From positions 23,748,001 to 23,812,000 of the forward strand of contig CM052832.1 in the NCBI GenBank assembly GCA_028534125.1: a stretch of 64,000 nt of DNA, in the 5' to 3' direction. Source of the stretch: Lama glama (taxonomy: Eukaryota). The notes below the pieces were generated by a model. The model had not been told where the DNA came from and searched no databases. It was given only the letters and a program-made list of their open reading frames with translations. Both the position numbers and the translations under genes were made by a program. Shown one piece after another: positions 26,355-38,338 of this stretch; within the stretch, counting starts at the first letter, position 1, and each line of letters starts with the position of its first letter.

Positions 26355-27692
26355 TTTAAACAACTAGAATTTTACTTTATTTCAGAATAAGTTTACAGTT
26401 GAAAAAAAGACATTTACTAAAGCCACATTATTCATATGGACAAAAACTTTTATAGCAAAACTGTGATACACAAGCATTAGTCATTTGAATACTATACGGT
26501 TATAGAAGATATTTAAAAAACGGAAATGATATATTCCAGAGGCTGTATTAGGCACAATATATATGCTTGTACTGGGTCTGCAAGCATTATACTAGACTTC
26601 ATTACATGTGATCCAAGAAGTTGCAGAGTTTTCAGTGCTACGTACTGAAAAGATAAAAAGGACTATCAGAGTTACTCTTCTGCTGAAAAAGCACGTCCTA
26701 TCAATGCTACAAAATAGGAGCAGCAAGTCAAACCGACAGACAGTTCCTTAGGTTTTAGAAGTTGTAGTGTAACTATGGCTTTTTCATTTTCACTCTTGAG
26801 ACTGGTTAGCAAGTCTGGCAAGTGGTAAAGAAGACCGTCTATAATAAAACATTAAAGACATCCCTTACAAGGCATCTGATATTTCACAGGTTCAAAACTG
26901 GAAAACAACAACTGAGTTTGTTCTGAGAGCAGAATTGTGAGGAGGTATTAAATAGTCAACAAAAGAAAAAAAAAATAAAAAAACCCCAAACCCTGCTTCC
27001 TGCCATACATCTTTTGGCATAAAAATCTTCATGCAGAAAAGTAAAAACTTCCCAAGTGACATGGTGGAAAAATATTTAAGATAAATGATTAGAATTTACT
27101 TTTGGTTTCTGGCAACTATAAAGCATACGGGTCTTTCAAGGACCGAGAAACTGGATATGGCTCTTAGTGTGGAACTTTCTTATGTGTTTTAAAAACATAG
27201 GTTGAAACATGTATTCAGGCTGACAGTGTATTCATGCTGATAAAGGTGGTAAAAATAAGGAAACAAAATTGTGTATTTTTCAGAGCATACTACTAACTAC
27301 GTATAAGGAAGCTGTCTAAAAGATAAAAATGTAGAGCCTAGATTCTCAAAGGTTTTATTTTTCAACTAGCAATTAAACGTAAGTGTAAAAGTGAGTCATG
27401 CAATATTTTCCCCTCAGCTACTGTGATAATGATATGAGGGGAAAGGATTCTCTTTTTTTTCCTATTAGATATATAATGCTCACAAGTCATCATGTGGAAC
27501 TCAAATCACACACAAAGGCAAATCATGAAGAAACATTAAATATTTCAAAATGCCCAAGAAGGCGTGCCAGAAATGATGCTGTTTCTATAGCACGGAGTTG
27601 TTGGAGGCCAAAACTAAAGGAGTAGGTGCTACTGCAACTTCTAGGTCTTTAATGCTGCTGTTTTTGTTTGTTTGTTTTTTGATGGGGGAGAT
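26355..27692 (-). other. CAP2: CAP2 3' UTR with AATAAA signals at 27354-27359 and 26376-26381
   Basis: Repeat-free AT-rich sequence after the stop. Two minus-strand AATAAA hexamers; the distal one is followed by T/GT-rich sequence. The end position is approximate. Confidence 0.7.
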
Positions 27693-27803
27693 TCAGGACA
27701 GGGGTTTCGGTGGTCTCTCAGAAACCATAATTTCTGTAGGTTCAGTGACCAACTTGGATCCATCCCATGCTGTCTTGAACTGTTCAGGGACGGGAAATTC
27801 TCT
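27693..27803 (-). CDS. CAP2: CAP2 last coding exon (about exon 13), with extended C-terminus
   Basis: tttttccag|AGA GAA TTT... encodes REFPVPEQFKTAWDGSKLVTEPTEIMVSERPPKPLS*. First in-frame stop is TGA at 27695-27693. Confidence 0.93.
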   Translation of the reverse strand, partial: REFPVPEQFKTAWDGSKLVTEPTEIMVSERPPKPLS

Positions 27804-28169
27804 CTGGAAAAAGGCAAGAAGAACAAAGTTATTTCAAGCAAGGCTTTGCAAACAGATGGAAGGCTGATTAGCGTCACGTGATGGACAAATACATTTTATG
27901 GAAACCAAACCTGCATCGTGGAGAGATGCATGGTCACGAGTCAGCTCTCTGCCAGCCTCCCAACATCCTCGTTAAAGCTGGCACTTACTAGGGACCAGGC
28001 ATCCTTCTAAGCACTGGATATATGTGAACTCAGTTCATCTCTACAACAACCTTACAAGCTAGATATTACTGAGTTGCCACTGCAGGGAACTGAGGCCTGA
28101 GAGGTTAAGCCTCTGAGCAGGTCAAATTTTAGATAGCCTTTCTTACCCACGACTCTGCACCAAACCCAA

Positions 28170-28305
28170 ACACACATAGGAATCAACTGGGGATCTTGCT
28201 GAAAGGCAGATTCTGATTCAGTAGATCTCGGGAAAAGAATGACAACCTGCATTTTCAACAAGTTTCAAGGGGGTGCCGAGGTTGCTGGTCCCCAGTCACA
28301 CTGTG
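28170..28305. mobile_element. MER5A-like hAT DNA transposon relic
   Basis: gaatcaactggggatcttgctgaaaggcagattctgattcagtagatct...ctgcattttcaacaag. Confidence 0.65.
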
Positions 28306-28854
28306 TAAAGGCTTTATCCTGGTGTCTGTCTATTCTTGGATGAAATATAAAGTTGTATATTGCATGCTTCAAGTTGTATATAAATTTGTTACCCTTCATC
28401 CTGCTACCTTCCTCTTCCCATTGGGAAATACATGTGCGGACACCACTCACATACACCACGCCCTAACCCACCCACATGCACAGCCACACGTATATACAAA
28501 CAAACCCAAAAATGCAGACTAGCTAAAAATAAAAGCAGTTTGGAATCTCTCCTTTCCCCAGTCCCTGCAGAAGAGGATAGAAAAGGAAGATGAGGAGCAG
28601 TCCCCTCGGTCCCAGCTTTGTGGCCTCCCTGGACTTCTGTACACACACACCCTGTGTGATAAGCTGGTGCCAGTGCTCATCTGCTGGTGAGGTGGGATGT
28701 TTCAGTGAAACACACACAGGAACACACTCCTTCCTAGATGCAGGACCTAGCTGTTTCTTTTGGAAGGGCTATTTATTTATTTACTTTAAAGGGAAGGCTC
28801 TTTCTCTCATGAGTTCTCCTTGAGTGAAATCTGCAATGGAGTCTTTTTTTTTTT

Positions 28855-29142
28855 TAATGAAGACGACAAATTTATTTCACAGTTCTGGAGGTTGGGAAGT
28901 CCAAGATGAAGGTGCCTGGTGAGGACCGGCTTCCTACACGGCTATCTTTTTGCTGTGTCCTCACAGGGTGGAAGGCCTGAGAGAACTCCCTGGAGCCCCC
29001 TTTTCTAAGGTCATTAATCCCATTCATGAGGGCCCAGCATTTCAACCTAATCACTGCTCAAAGCCCCCCCCCAACACCATCACCTTGGGAGTTAGGATTT
29101 TAACATACAGATTTTGGGGGGACAGAAACAGTCAATCTACAC
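28855..29142. mobile_element. MaLR LTR fragment (MLT1A/B-like)
   Basis: aaatttatttcacagttctggaggttgggaagtccaagatgaaggtgcc...ttaatcccattcatgagggc...accatcaccttgggagttaggattttaacata...ttttgggggg. Confidence 0.75.
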
Positions 29143-29191
29143 AATGGAAAGTCTTAAGATGAAGCAAAGAAGCAATAGTCTGAATAACCTA

Positions 29192-29278
29192 GTGTGTGTG
29201 GGGGTGTGTGAGTGTGTGTGTGTGTGTGGGTGTGGGTGTGTGTGCGCGTGCGCACATGCGTGCATGTGCACGTGTGTG
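29192..29278. repeat. (GT)n-derived microsatellite / alternating purine-pyrimidine tract
   Basis: gtgtgtgtgggggtgtgtgagtgtgtgtgtgtgtgtgggtgtgggtgtgtgtgcgcgtgcgcacatgcgtgcatgtgcacgtgtgtg. Confidence 0.9.
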
Positions 29279-30549
29279 CTACCAACATCTTTTCTGGGGC
29301 GCTTCTTGATAAGTAAACCAGGCTTGGTGTTGGCTCTCAAGTACCAAGACAGGTAGAAGGCTCCAGAGTGAAGGTACCTCTGACCATAACTGCACTACAG
29401 CTGCTCCTGCTCTTTTCTGGGAGTGAAGTGACAGTAACGTGATGACAGATCTTCTTTGGGGGACTGACTCTTTCAGGATGAATCAGCCCCGCCATCCATT
29501 CCCAGGTGACAACGTCCACGGCAGGACCTCTGTACTGCTTCCTGCTACCTCCAACTGGAAAATGTATGAAGAAGGCCACGGACTGAGGGCACAAGATAAT
29601 GTACCTATAGAGGGGAGACTTGACATTTTCAGCATGAAAGCTCAGGTTTTGAGCTATACTCTTTATATATTCTTTAGGTCAGTGGATCTCAATCTTGCCT
29701 CCACGTTTGAATCACCTGGGAGGCTTTAACCCATACAGATGTCTGGGTACCACACCCAGGGACTCTTGTTTAATTAGTCTGGGGCGCTCATCCAAACCCT
29801 ACAGCTTTTCTGAGCAAATCCAGTTCCCATGGAGCTGAGTCTTCTGCTTAAACAGCTGCAAAGGCCAGGAATCGCCCCAAGTTCTGGGTTCCCTCTTCCG
29901 ACGTTGTTCTGTGTTAGCTTTAGCTCTTCAGTAGTGTTTTTCTTTCTTTCTTTCTTTCTTTCTTTTTTTAGGTGGAAAGTCCAAGAGGAGACTCTTCTCG
30001 AGCTCAGGGGTAGGCTGTCCAGATACCTAGTGAAGCATGGCCAGTGCTTGCAGAGTTTTGTTTTTCAGACTTAAACAACGAATTCCGGGCTGCAATAGTT
30101 GGTGTGTGCCTGGGCAGTGCTTACTGGCAGGGGGAGGAAAGGGGAACACAGCAGCAATCACGTTGTCTGCCTCAGGAGATTAACCCGAGTGCTGACTGCT
30201 GTGCTGACGGCCGGTGATTCACCCGCAGGCTGACGGAGGTCCCTCTTACAAGGCGTGCCTGCTAAGTTACACTTTCTCCCACCCTTCCCTGTTCCACGGC
30301 TTCCTGGCACAGTTAGCATCAGAGGGAATTATCTCTGGATTTACTTCTCTCTTTCAAGAAGCAACAACTAGTAGGAAGCCATGACTTGCTTCCAAGTAGC
30401 AACAATTAGCAGGTCCACCACCCTGCGTGATGCAGAAAATGAATTTATTTATACTTCCTTTTCAATACTTGAGACGTACTGCTTGCTTATTCTAGAAACC
30501 GCTCTGCTGGGGAGAGGAGACAAAGAAAATACATGGTGGCTTAGGCTCG

Positions 30550-30730
30550 TGTTTCTCTGAAGGGTCACTGGAGGGACCGATGGCATCAGCATCGCCTGGG
30601 ATATATTAAAACCACAGACTCCTGGACCCCACTCCAAGCCTCCTGAATCCAACTTCTAGGTGCAAAGCTTGGGAGCTGGTATTTTCATGTTCCCCAGCTG
30701 ATTCTTATGCTGAGTTTGAGAACCACTGAT
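30550..30730. mobile_element. MER5A-like DNA transposon relic
   Basis: ggcatcagcatcgcctgggatatattaaaaccacagactcctggaccccactccaagcctcctgaatc...tgagtttgagaaccactg. Confidence 0.65.
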
Positions 30731-31126
30731 GTACGAATCCGCATACAAACAGGTCTACTTACTACTACCTCCTTTTGCTCCCTTTTGTTCCTCCAAAGCA
30801 TTTCTCCCTCGTTTCTGTCTGCCTCCACCAGAGCAAAAGAAAATATTCAGTCTTAAATAATATGAACTCAGATGCACGGTGTACTATTTGATAAGAGCTG
30901 GCCCATTAAGGTAATTATTAGTAAGATGCCTTGAGAATCACGAATCCAGGACTGGGCATAGTCAAACAACTAACAAGGGAGAAGATATGTGAAAGGCAAC
31001 TCTCTGGATTCCTCTCCGGCCTGCGAATTCTTCTACAGATGAAGCTCAAAGGTTGGTAAGTGATTAATCAGTCTCTAAGAATGTTAATAATGAAGAATTC
31101 TTTACAGTCTTTTAAAAGGTACTTAC

Positions 31127-31267
31127 ATAATCACCATCCTGAGGGATAAGTACATTCATTTCAGATGACTTGGCACTCACAATCTCACAGTCTAATGCAT
31201 CTTCACTGAGGTATATGTGGCAGCCTTCTGTCTTATTAATGGAAATTGTTGGCACTCTCCCCATTAC
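31127..31267 (-). CDS. CAP2: CAP2 coding exon (about exon 12; CARP domain)
   Basis: tttcag|GTA ATG GGG... encodes [47 protein letters not shown]|gtaagt. 141 nt. Confidence 0.96.
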
Positions 31268-33139
31268 CTGAAATAGAAAAAAAAAACAAAAACAAAAACA
31301 AAACTAGGGCCAAAGCAAATAAACAGAAATTCCAATATCCCCAAATAAGGGCAGTCCATGGGTCTAACCAAGCCTTAGGAACAGCTGGGTCAGGGCTGGA
31401 GAGACTGGTGAAGGGCCATATCTCCAGGGTGAATTAGTAGGTGTCATTTGGGGACAGAATGAAAGGACCACACAAGGGGATTCTCAAACCTCAGGGTCTC
31501 TTACCTGAGACAAAATAAAAGGACACATTTGAAAACAGCAGTTAAAAGTTTAGAAAAAGCCTCCCCACTCTGTTAGTGGATTTGAAACATATATTTGATT
31601 TCATGATAAAAGAAATAAGATGCATTTGCTTTTATGTGTTTAAATTTTTAGTTTTGACAAATCTCTAGGAAAGTTGGATTAAAACGCGGACTAATACGGT
31701 CATTTAAGAATAAATACATTATTCTGTAATTGAGTAGTTTTCCTGAATCTAAGTAAGAATAAATAAGAAACACTACAATTCTTTTCACGTAAGTCCTTTC
31801 CTAGATAAAAACCTCACTGGCTGAATGTGAAGCTTAAATAAGATAATGAGTGTCTAGGTATTTTGAAATGTATTAATTTCAGAGTCCCAAACTGGAGACG
31901 TGGTTCAGGCCACTCACTGTATAGGTAAGTCGTACTGCACACAAGAGGGGGTGGTTCTTTGTACTGTTACAAATATCAAGTGCTGTAACAATTCTGATCA
32001 GTTTTAAATTTCTCTTTTAACAGTCAGTTTTCAGACATCCCCCTGAAATCTCTATAGGGGCAGCCTGTTTCCCCAGTGACCACATTACAACTCTATAATT
32101 TTCCTTCTTGTAATGGTAATTGGGGTGATAAAAACATCTCCTCTTTCACCCCAAGAAAAGGCTGGACTGCAAATTAAAGGAGCAACTCCTGTTGCTGGTG
32201 CAGGTGATGTAAAGAATTCCTTAGGGGAGTCGAACCAGGTCACCACACTTCTCTGTTTTCTCCTCTCCCTGTAGAAACTGGACACTGAGTTGGAACTGAG
32301 CCCCAGTGCAAAAAACAAAACAAAACAAAAAAAAACACGAAGCAGAGGTAGTTTAAGGTCAGGTGAGCACTGGGCTTTGCCATAAATAAAATAAAATAAC
32401 AATAATCCATATATCTTTATATCAAGAATGTGCCAGCAGTACTGTTGTGGCAACTTCTAGATTTGTTTATTTTATAATGATGAAGAACATTTCCACGCCG
32501 ACTAGAACTGCATGAATACCAGGCAAGCAAAGGGAAAGAACTAAACTGTCAGTGTGTCTGAGGTGAGTCATTTGTGAGACAGAGTGGGGCTGTGTTAAGC
32601 CAGCTTGTTATAATAATACATATTAAGAATACATTTCATTTTTGTTTATATAGCACTATATTATGCTAAAAGTGCTAAAACATCTATGTATCTGAAAATC
32701 TGAAAAACAGTAGAATTTTTTTAAATAGCCCTGAAAAGAACTGTCATTTCCACAGCATTTTGGTCAATACTTCATTAGAGTAAATTATATACATGCCTTT
32801 TTCCTCTGGTAGCCTGTGAACACTTCGAGAACAGACACTGCTTCGTATCAGGAGAACTGGGCTAAAAAGTAGCCCCTCTATTGAGTGACAGGTGACATGT
32901 GACCTTGCCCGGGCCAATGCTCTAGCATTTAATACATGCTTCTGTATTAATTTTGTTTTCCTTAAATTTATTTCTCTATAGAATCAAAAAAAATTCCATA
33001 TAGTATCTTAGTTTCTTCTCACTCCCATAATTTGTACTATTTTTCTAGGCTAGTTTGCCAAAAAAACAGAATTACTGAACTAAATCAAATGAACTTTCAT
33101 CCATGCCTTTTTTTCCCCCTTTCAATCTTTTTAACAGTA

Positions 33140-34850
33140 GCACTGAGGATTTAAAATGTGTAAACATAAAATTCACCTGTTTTAAGCACACAATTTAATG
33201 ATAGAGAGTTGTGTAATCTTGACTTCAGTTCAGTTTTAGAATATTTCCTTCATCCTCAAAACATCCCTAATGCCCATTTACAGCAATCTCTGTCCTCATC
33301 CCCAGACAACCATTAACCTGCTTTTTGTCTCTGTTGTGTCCAGGCCCTTTTAAAATAATTTATTAAATGTTTTAAATAGGTAATGATATTCACTTGATTT
33401 GAACATCCAGAAGTTAGGAAAGTATTTAGTAAAATGTCTCTCTCTCATCTGTGAACCACGTGGCCAAGTTCCTATCCCTCTTGGCTAGATAACCATGCTT
33501 TATCCTTCTAGATTATTTTAAGGCCCATAGCCTTAGAAATGATCTATTTCAAACATAGAAGCATACAAAGAATAATATAGCAGATACATAAATACACCTG
33601 TGTCTGCTAAACAGCTTTAGCAGAGTTTAACATTCTGGCTCATTTGCCTTTTTTTAGGATTATAATCTTACAATATAGTTGAGGCCCCCTCTATACCGCC
33701 CACCATCTCACTGGCCGCTCCCCTTCCCACCACAGATGCAACTTGCTCTTCTGAATTTTGTATTTCCATTCACACCAGCTCTGTCTCTTGCTTAAGGTGG
33801 CCTTGAGCCCTAAGGATATTTAACATGTGTGTATTATTTTGCATGTTGCTGATCTTTATATAAAAGAGACACATTATACAGTGCCTGCTCTTCTGTAATT
33901 TGCCTTTATAGCTCAAGGTTGCTTCTGAGATCTACCTATTTTTACACATGTAAGTGTAGTTCATTTTAACTACTGCACAGTATTCTATTAGGTGGATTTA
34001 TTTATTCATTTACCAGCTGGTGGACATTTAAATTGTTTTTGTTTTTATTGCCATTATGAATAATACTGCAATAAACATGTTTACACCTCTCATCAACATA
34101 TGTATTAGAACTTCTTTAGTATACAGACCTAAGAGTGGAATTGCTTGGTCATGGGCTATGAATAGCTCTGATTTTATTAAATGGTGCCAATTTGCTCTTC
34201 ACAGTGAGTGTAATAGACTTACTCTCCCAACACTAACGTATTAGGGTTCCCATTGTTCAATTTCCATAACAACTTTTGTACCACCAGACTTTTTAATATA
34301 CAGGCAGTCCTCGAGTTACATGGCTCTGATATGTATGAATTTCAGCTAACATGCCCCTCGCAAAGTAAGGAAACCTGAATTCAAAACTGATGAGTGTAAA
34401 AAGATCTATCTAATTGTGGTATTAATTTGCATTTCTACTTCTGTTGGGTAGGTTATGCATAATTTCATATATTTATCAAATACTTCTTTATCCATTTTTC
34501 TATTAGTTTGCTAGTCTTTTTCTTATTGATGTGTACTAAGTTCTTTATAAATTCTGGTTATAAATACTTTTTGATTATCTGCATTGCAAGTATCTTTCTT
34601 CAATCCATGGCTTGTCTTTCACCTTTGTATATGATGTCTTCTGTTGAACATGTAACTTTAATTTTAATGTCATTAAATTCATCCATCTTTTTTTGTTATA
34701 GTTTGTGCTTTTTAACCATAATTAATTTCTTTTCTACTCTGAGGCCATAAAGATTTTCTCCTGTATTTTATTCTCAAAGTTTAAAAGTATTTCTTTTGAC
34801 AATTAGGACTTTACTTCTATGCATGGTATGAAGTAGGAATTTGATGTTTT
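33140..34850 (-). mobile_element. Cluster of old L1 fragments in CAP2 intron
   Basis: aaattcacctgttttaagcacacaattt..., ggtggacatttaaattgtttt...attatgaataatactgcaataaacat, gtatacagacctaagagtggaattgcttggtcat: reverse-strand L1M 3' and ORF2 motifs. Confidence 0.6.
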
Positions 34851-35687
34851 TTTCCCCCACAGGGTGGGGGATTTTAGGGATGGTCCTAAAATACACCTCC
34901 AAGTGTGCGCCCCTCTAACGAATGTACTAATCTAATTAAAGTGGCAGTGGGGAAAAGCCTAGTAAAACAGAAGAGAAAGCTCTATAAAACGAAAAGCCAA
35001 TTTTAACAAACATTATCAGGAAACATCAAATAAGGGGCATTAACAACATGAGAAGAGTGTAATCAAAGTTAGTAGTTACAGTTGGCCAAAGAAAGGAGTC
35101 CTTTTGTTTGTGGTATAATATAAAATACCATTTGGCTAAATCAAAATTACTAAAGCAGTGCAGGTTTTTTTGTTTTGCAAATTCACTCCCAATCCTACTT
35201 TCCAGGTGGTTTTTCTGATAATCTCATTGACTTTTCTTCCTCTTTACCCAGAACCAATTTTTCCCGAGGGGGAAAAAATTCTCTTTGGTATGGTACTATT
35301 ATGCTTGGAGAACCTCTTAGTATTTTGGTTCACTCATTCATTGATCCATTCCTATTATTCACTCATCAAACATTTATTGGACACCTACTACGTACAGGTA
35401 CTGTATGAATTTCTGGAGCTGTAAAGATTAATTAGCTGCTCTTGAAATAGAAATGGTAAACCAGTAATTGCTGTGCGAGATAGGATGTGTTGTAAGAGGT
35501 TGAAAAGGAGAAATTAACATAGTCTAAGAAGTAAGAGAAGGCTTCAGAGAGGAGGTGAAGACAGCTGTGTCTAGAGGGAAAGAGAATAGGAATTTTCTAG
35601 GTGGATGTGGCGGTCCCCTTGCAAGCAGAGTGGATGATCTGGGTAAAGCCACAGTGGGGGCTGGGCGTGGTTGAAATGGCCATTTAC

Positions 35688-35770
35688 CTGCATTTGAATG
35701 TCCTTAGAGTTGATCACTTCCACAATGCCCACCACATTGTCAAACACCAGGCCAAACTTCTTACAGTTGT
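35688..35770 (-). CDS. CAP2: CAP2 coding exon (about exon 11; CARP domain)
   Basis: ttcctag|AC AAC TGT... encodes (D)[27 protein letters not shown]|gtaaat. 83 nt, after a 105-nt intron. Confidence 0.96.
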
Positions 35771-35875
35771 CTAGGAAAAAAAGAAAAAAAAAAAAACCCA
35801 CTCTACTAAATACATACAGTGGATTTATACAAAGCAACTTATCATAGTAAATGCAGACCCATAGTTCTGACCTAC

Positions 35876-35999
35876 CAATTGTGATGGAATTTATTTTCCC
35901 TTTCATCTGTAGAGTAGACTTGCTGCATTTGAAAATGTAAGCCACTTGTCTCAGTTCAGTCTCTGAAATCACAAGGTCATTCCTACCCTCTTGGTACTC
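35876..35999 (-). CDS. CAP2: CAP2 coding exon (about exon 10; CARP domain)
   Basis: ttttag|GAG TAC... encodes [41 protein letters not shown], ending G|gtaggt. 124 nt. Confidence 0.96.
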
Positions 36000-36607
36000 C
36001 TAAAATTAAAACATACGGAAATATTAAATATACAGGTTTATAGAAAAATTAAGTCATTTGCATGCTGAAATTACTATGGAGTTCAGCATTCATTAATTAC
36101 AGCTTCTCAATGTGTTCTTTCTTTTGGAACCATTTTCTTACAGACTAAACTAAACCACAGGCCTGACTTTGTCATCGCAATGCTGCTTGGAAGCCGGGAT
36201 CAGTGTTCATTTGCAAACAGGAATCAGGCACCCAGCTGGTGGGTGGGGGCTGGAGCAGGGATGTGAGAGATTTTTGTTGAGTCTGGATGCTGAGTCTGGA
36301 CTTGACGCTGAAGCAAAAATCTGCAAATAGGGGTTGGGCAAATAGGCTAGTAAGGGTCACAACAGAGACCTAAGTCCCAGTGTATTTTTAGAGCATGACA
36401 ACTATTCTGGGGACTTTGTTCCTCAATCTTTAGGGAAGCCCCTTGGATTGGCAGGGGGCATCAGCTTCCATCCACAGTCCAAGTGTCTTTGTCCTGCTCA
36501 GACTGGTGGGTTGAAGCGGTAAGTTCTACCAGCACCTCTGTCAGTGGAGAGAATGAAACATCCTACAGTAGATTAGAATGGGGGACAGAAGAAAAGCTTA
36601 TGGAAAG

Positions 36608-36862
36608 AGCAGTCAAATTCATGGAGATCAAAAGGAGAAAGGCAGTTGCCAGGGGCTGAAGTGAGGCGCAATGGGGAATTACTGTTTAAGGGGTACAGAG
36701 TTTCAGTTTTACCAGATGAAAGAGTTTTGTGGGTAGACGGTGGTGATGGTTGCACAACAGTGTGAATGTACTTAATGTCACTGAACACGTACTGAATGCC
36801 ACACTTAAATGTTCAAATGGTAAATTTTGTGCTGTGTGTATTTTACCACAATTTAAAAAATA
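36608..36862 (+). mobile_element. L1MB-like 3' end
   Basis: gttgccaggggctg...gggtacagagtttcagttt...ggtggtgatggttgcacaacagtgtgaatgtacttaatgtcactgaa...tattttaccacaatttaaaaaa. Confidence 0.75.
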
Positions 36863-37074
36863 AATTTTCGAAAGTTAAAGATGAGAATGCATGAGAATAA
36901 TGAAAAACAAAAAACATTTATGGAAGTATCCTGAAAGGCCCTGGGTTCTATTCTAGCCAGTGACTTTTGGCTCTGTCATGTCACTCAGAAATCCTTAAGA
37001 CCTTGGCGAACACTTGAGTCATCGCCCCTTTTTTTGGAGCGCGTCAGGAATAAAGGTTAAAGGGCTTCACTCAC

Positions 37075-37250
37075 TACTCTCCATTTCTTCCCTTCCAACT
37101 CTAAGACAGGGGCATGTTTCTTAGGAGGATGAGACTGGGGAGACTTGGGGCCTGGACTGTGGCTTTTGGTAGGAGATGGAGTCTGTCCTCCGTGAGTCCG
37201 TAGACTGGGATTCTTGTATGTCTTCTGTTCATCTGTAACGTGCCGGAGCC
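37075..37250 (-). CDS. CAP2: CAP2 coding exon (about exon 9; WH2 LRHV motif, P2 region)
   Basis: ttcccag|GG CTC CGG CAC... encodes (G)LRHVTDEQKTYKNPSLRTHGGQTPSPTKSHSPGPKSPQSHPPKKHAPVLELEGKKWRV|gtgagt. 176 nt. Confidence 0.96.
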
Positions 37251-38148
37251 CTGGGAAGGTAACACATAGACACATTTCTTGGTATTTTATGCAAAGGGAA
37301 TGTCCCTAACTTTTGGGATCAGCAGGATGTAAACAGCACGTGAATTTTGGGTAATGCTATTTTCCTAACAGTCCACTGTTTTCTCAAGCTTACTATGCAG
37401 AGTCTGAGACCTGTGTAAGTTTACAGTTAATAGAAGTACTGTAAGTATTTTTTAACTTGAGGAACCTCTTCTTGAAGGAGGTAAGATGACAGATAAAAAT
37501 TCTGCAAAAAGCAAACCATCTTGCCATAAAGGATCCTGTGACTTACTTCTGATATGGCTGAATCATTCCCATGACATATTCCATCAGACATAGCTTTAAA
37601 AAGTTAGGGCATTCCAGTAAGCCTATGTCAGCGAATGGAATCCACTTAAGGGTTATGAGTCCCTTTCCTTCCTTTGCAGATGAGGGGACAAAACAGCCAG
37701 TTGGAGCCAGAGAAATAGCTGGAATGTTTGGTTCTTAGCTCCTAGCCCAACATGTAGGAACACTTACATCATCATTCCTATTACCCATGCAACGCAAAAA
37801 TATATTTGCATAAAGTTTCTGGCAATACTTTTTGTACACTGCTTGAGGACTGAGGTTCTGTTTGTCATTTTTATTTCACTTGATCTTGATACCTTGGCTT
37901 AGCTGAGGCTGAAGCATCAGAACCGGAAGTAGTGATGCAGTGAGGTGGTCAATTCAGAACCAGACTCTCCGAGTTCTTCTTTCTGATCCACCCAACAGCC
38001 CACTGAGCTCATCTACCTTGAGATGAAGAACGCACAGCTCCCTGCCTACAGGGGACTGGGGTGGAACCATGTAGCCATCACTGTGGGCACCGGGAGATCT
38101 GTGTGCCTGGAGCCAGAGGGAGATTGCCTCAAGGCCTGGTTTTCTCAC

Positions 38149-38338
38149 CCTTTGTAATTGCTTCCCCTTGGTTAAGTTGCGCAAATAAAGCTGAGCGTGA
38201 AGGAGAGGACCCCTCTTTCCTGTCTTCACTCTCAAAAAGTGGAGGTGGCCCTGGAGGAGGTGGAGGAGGTGGGGGTGGAAGAAGGCCAGGCCCAAGGGAG
38301 AGGACAGACAGTGCTGACGCAGTTGATGCCACTGGACC
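38149..38338 (-). CDS. CAP2: CAP2 coding exon (about exon 8; polyproline P1 and start of WH2)
   Basis: cccacag|GGT CCA... encodes GPVASTASALSVLSLGPGLLPPPPPPPPPGPPPLFESEDRKEGSSPSRSALFAQLNQGEAITK(G)|gtgaga. 190 nt. Confidence 0.96.

Noticed and set aside
32085..32453. 122-aa minus-strand ORF in a CAP2 intron
   Set aside because: Non-ATG start, crosses a simple (TTTTG)n tract, and has no recognisable protein features.
35571..35972. 133-aa ORF running through CAP2 exons 10 and 11 (the 105-nt intron is open and a multiple of three)
   Set aside because: Both splice sites are canonical and the intron translates to low-complexity FFFFLFF. In-frame retention cannot be excluded but nothing supports it.
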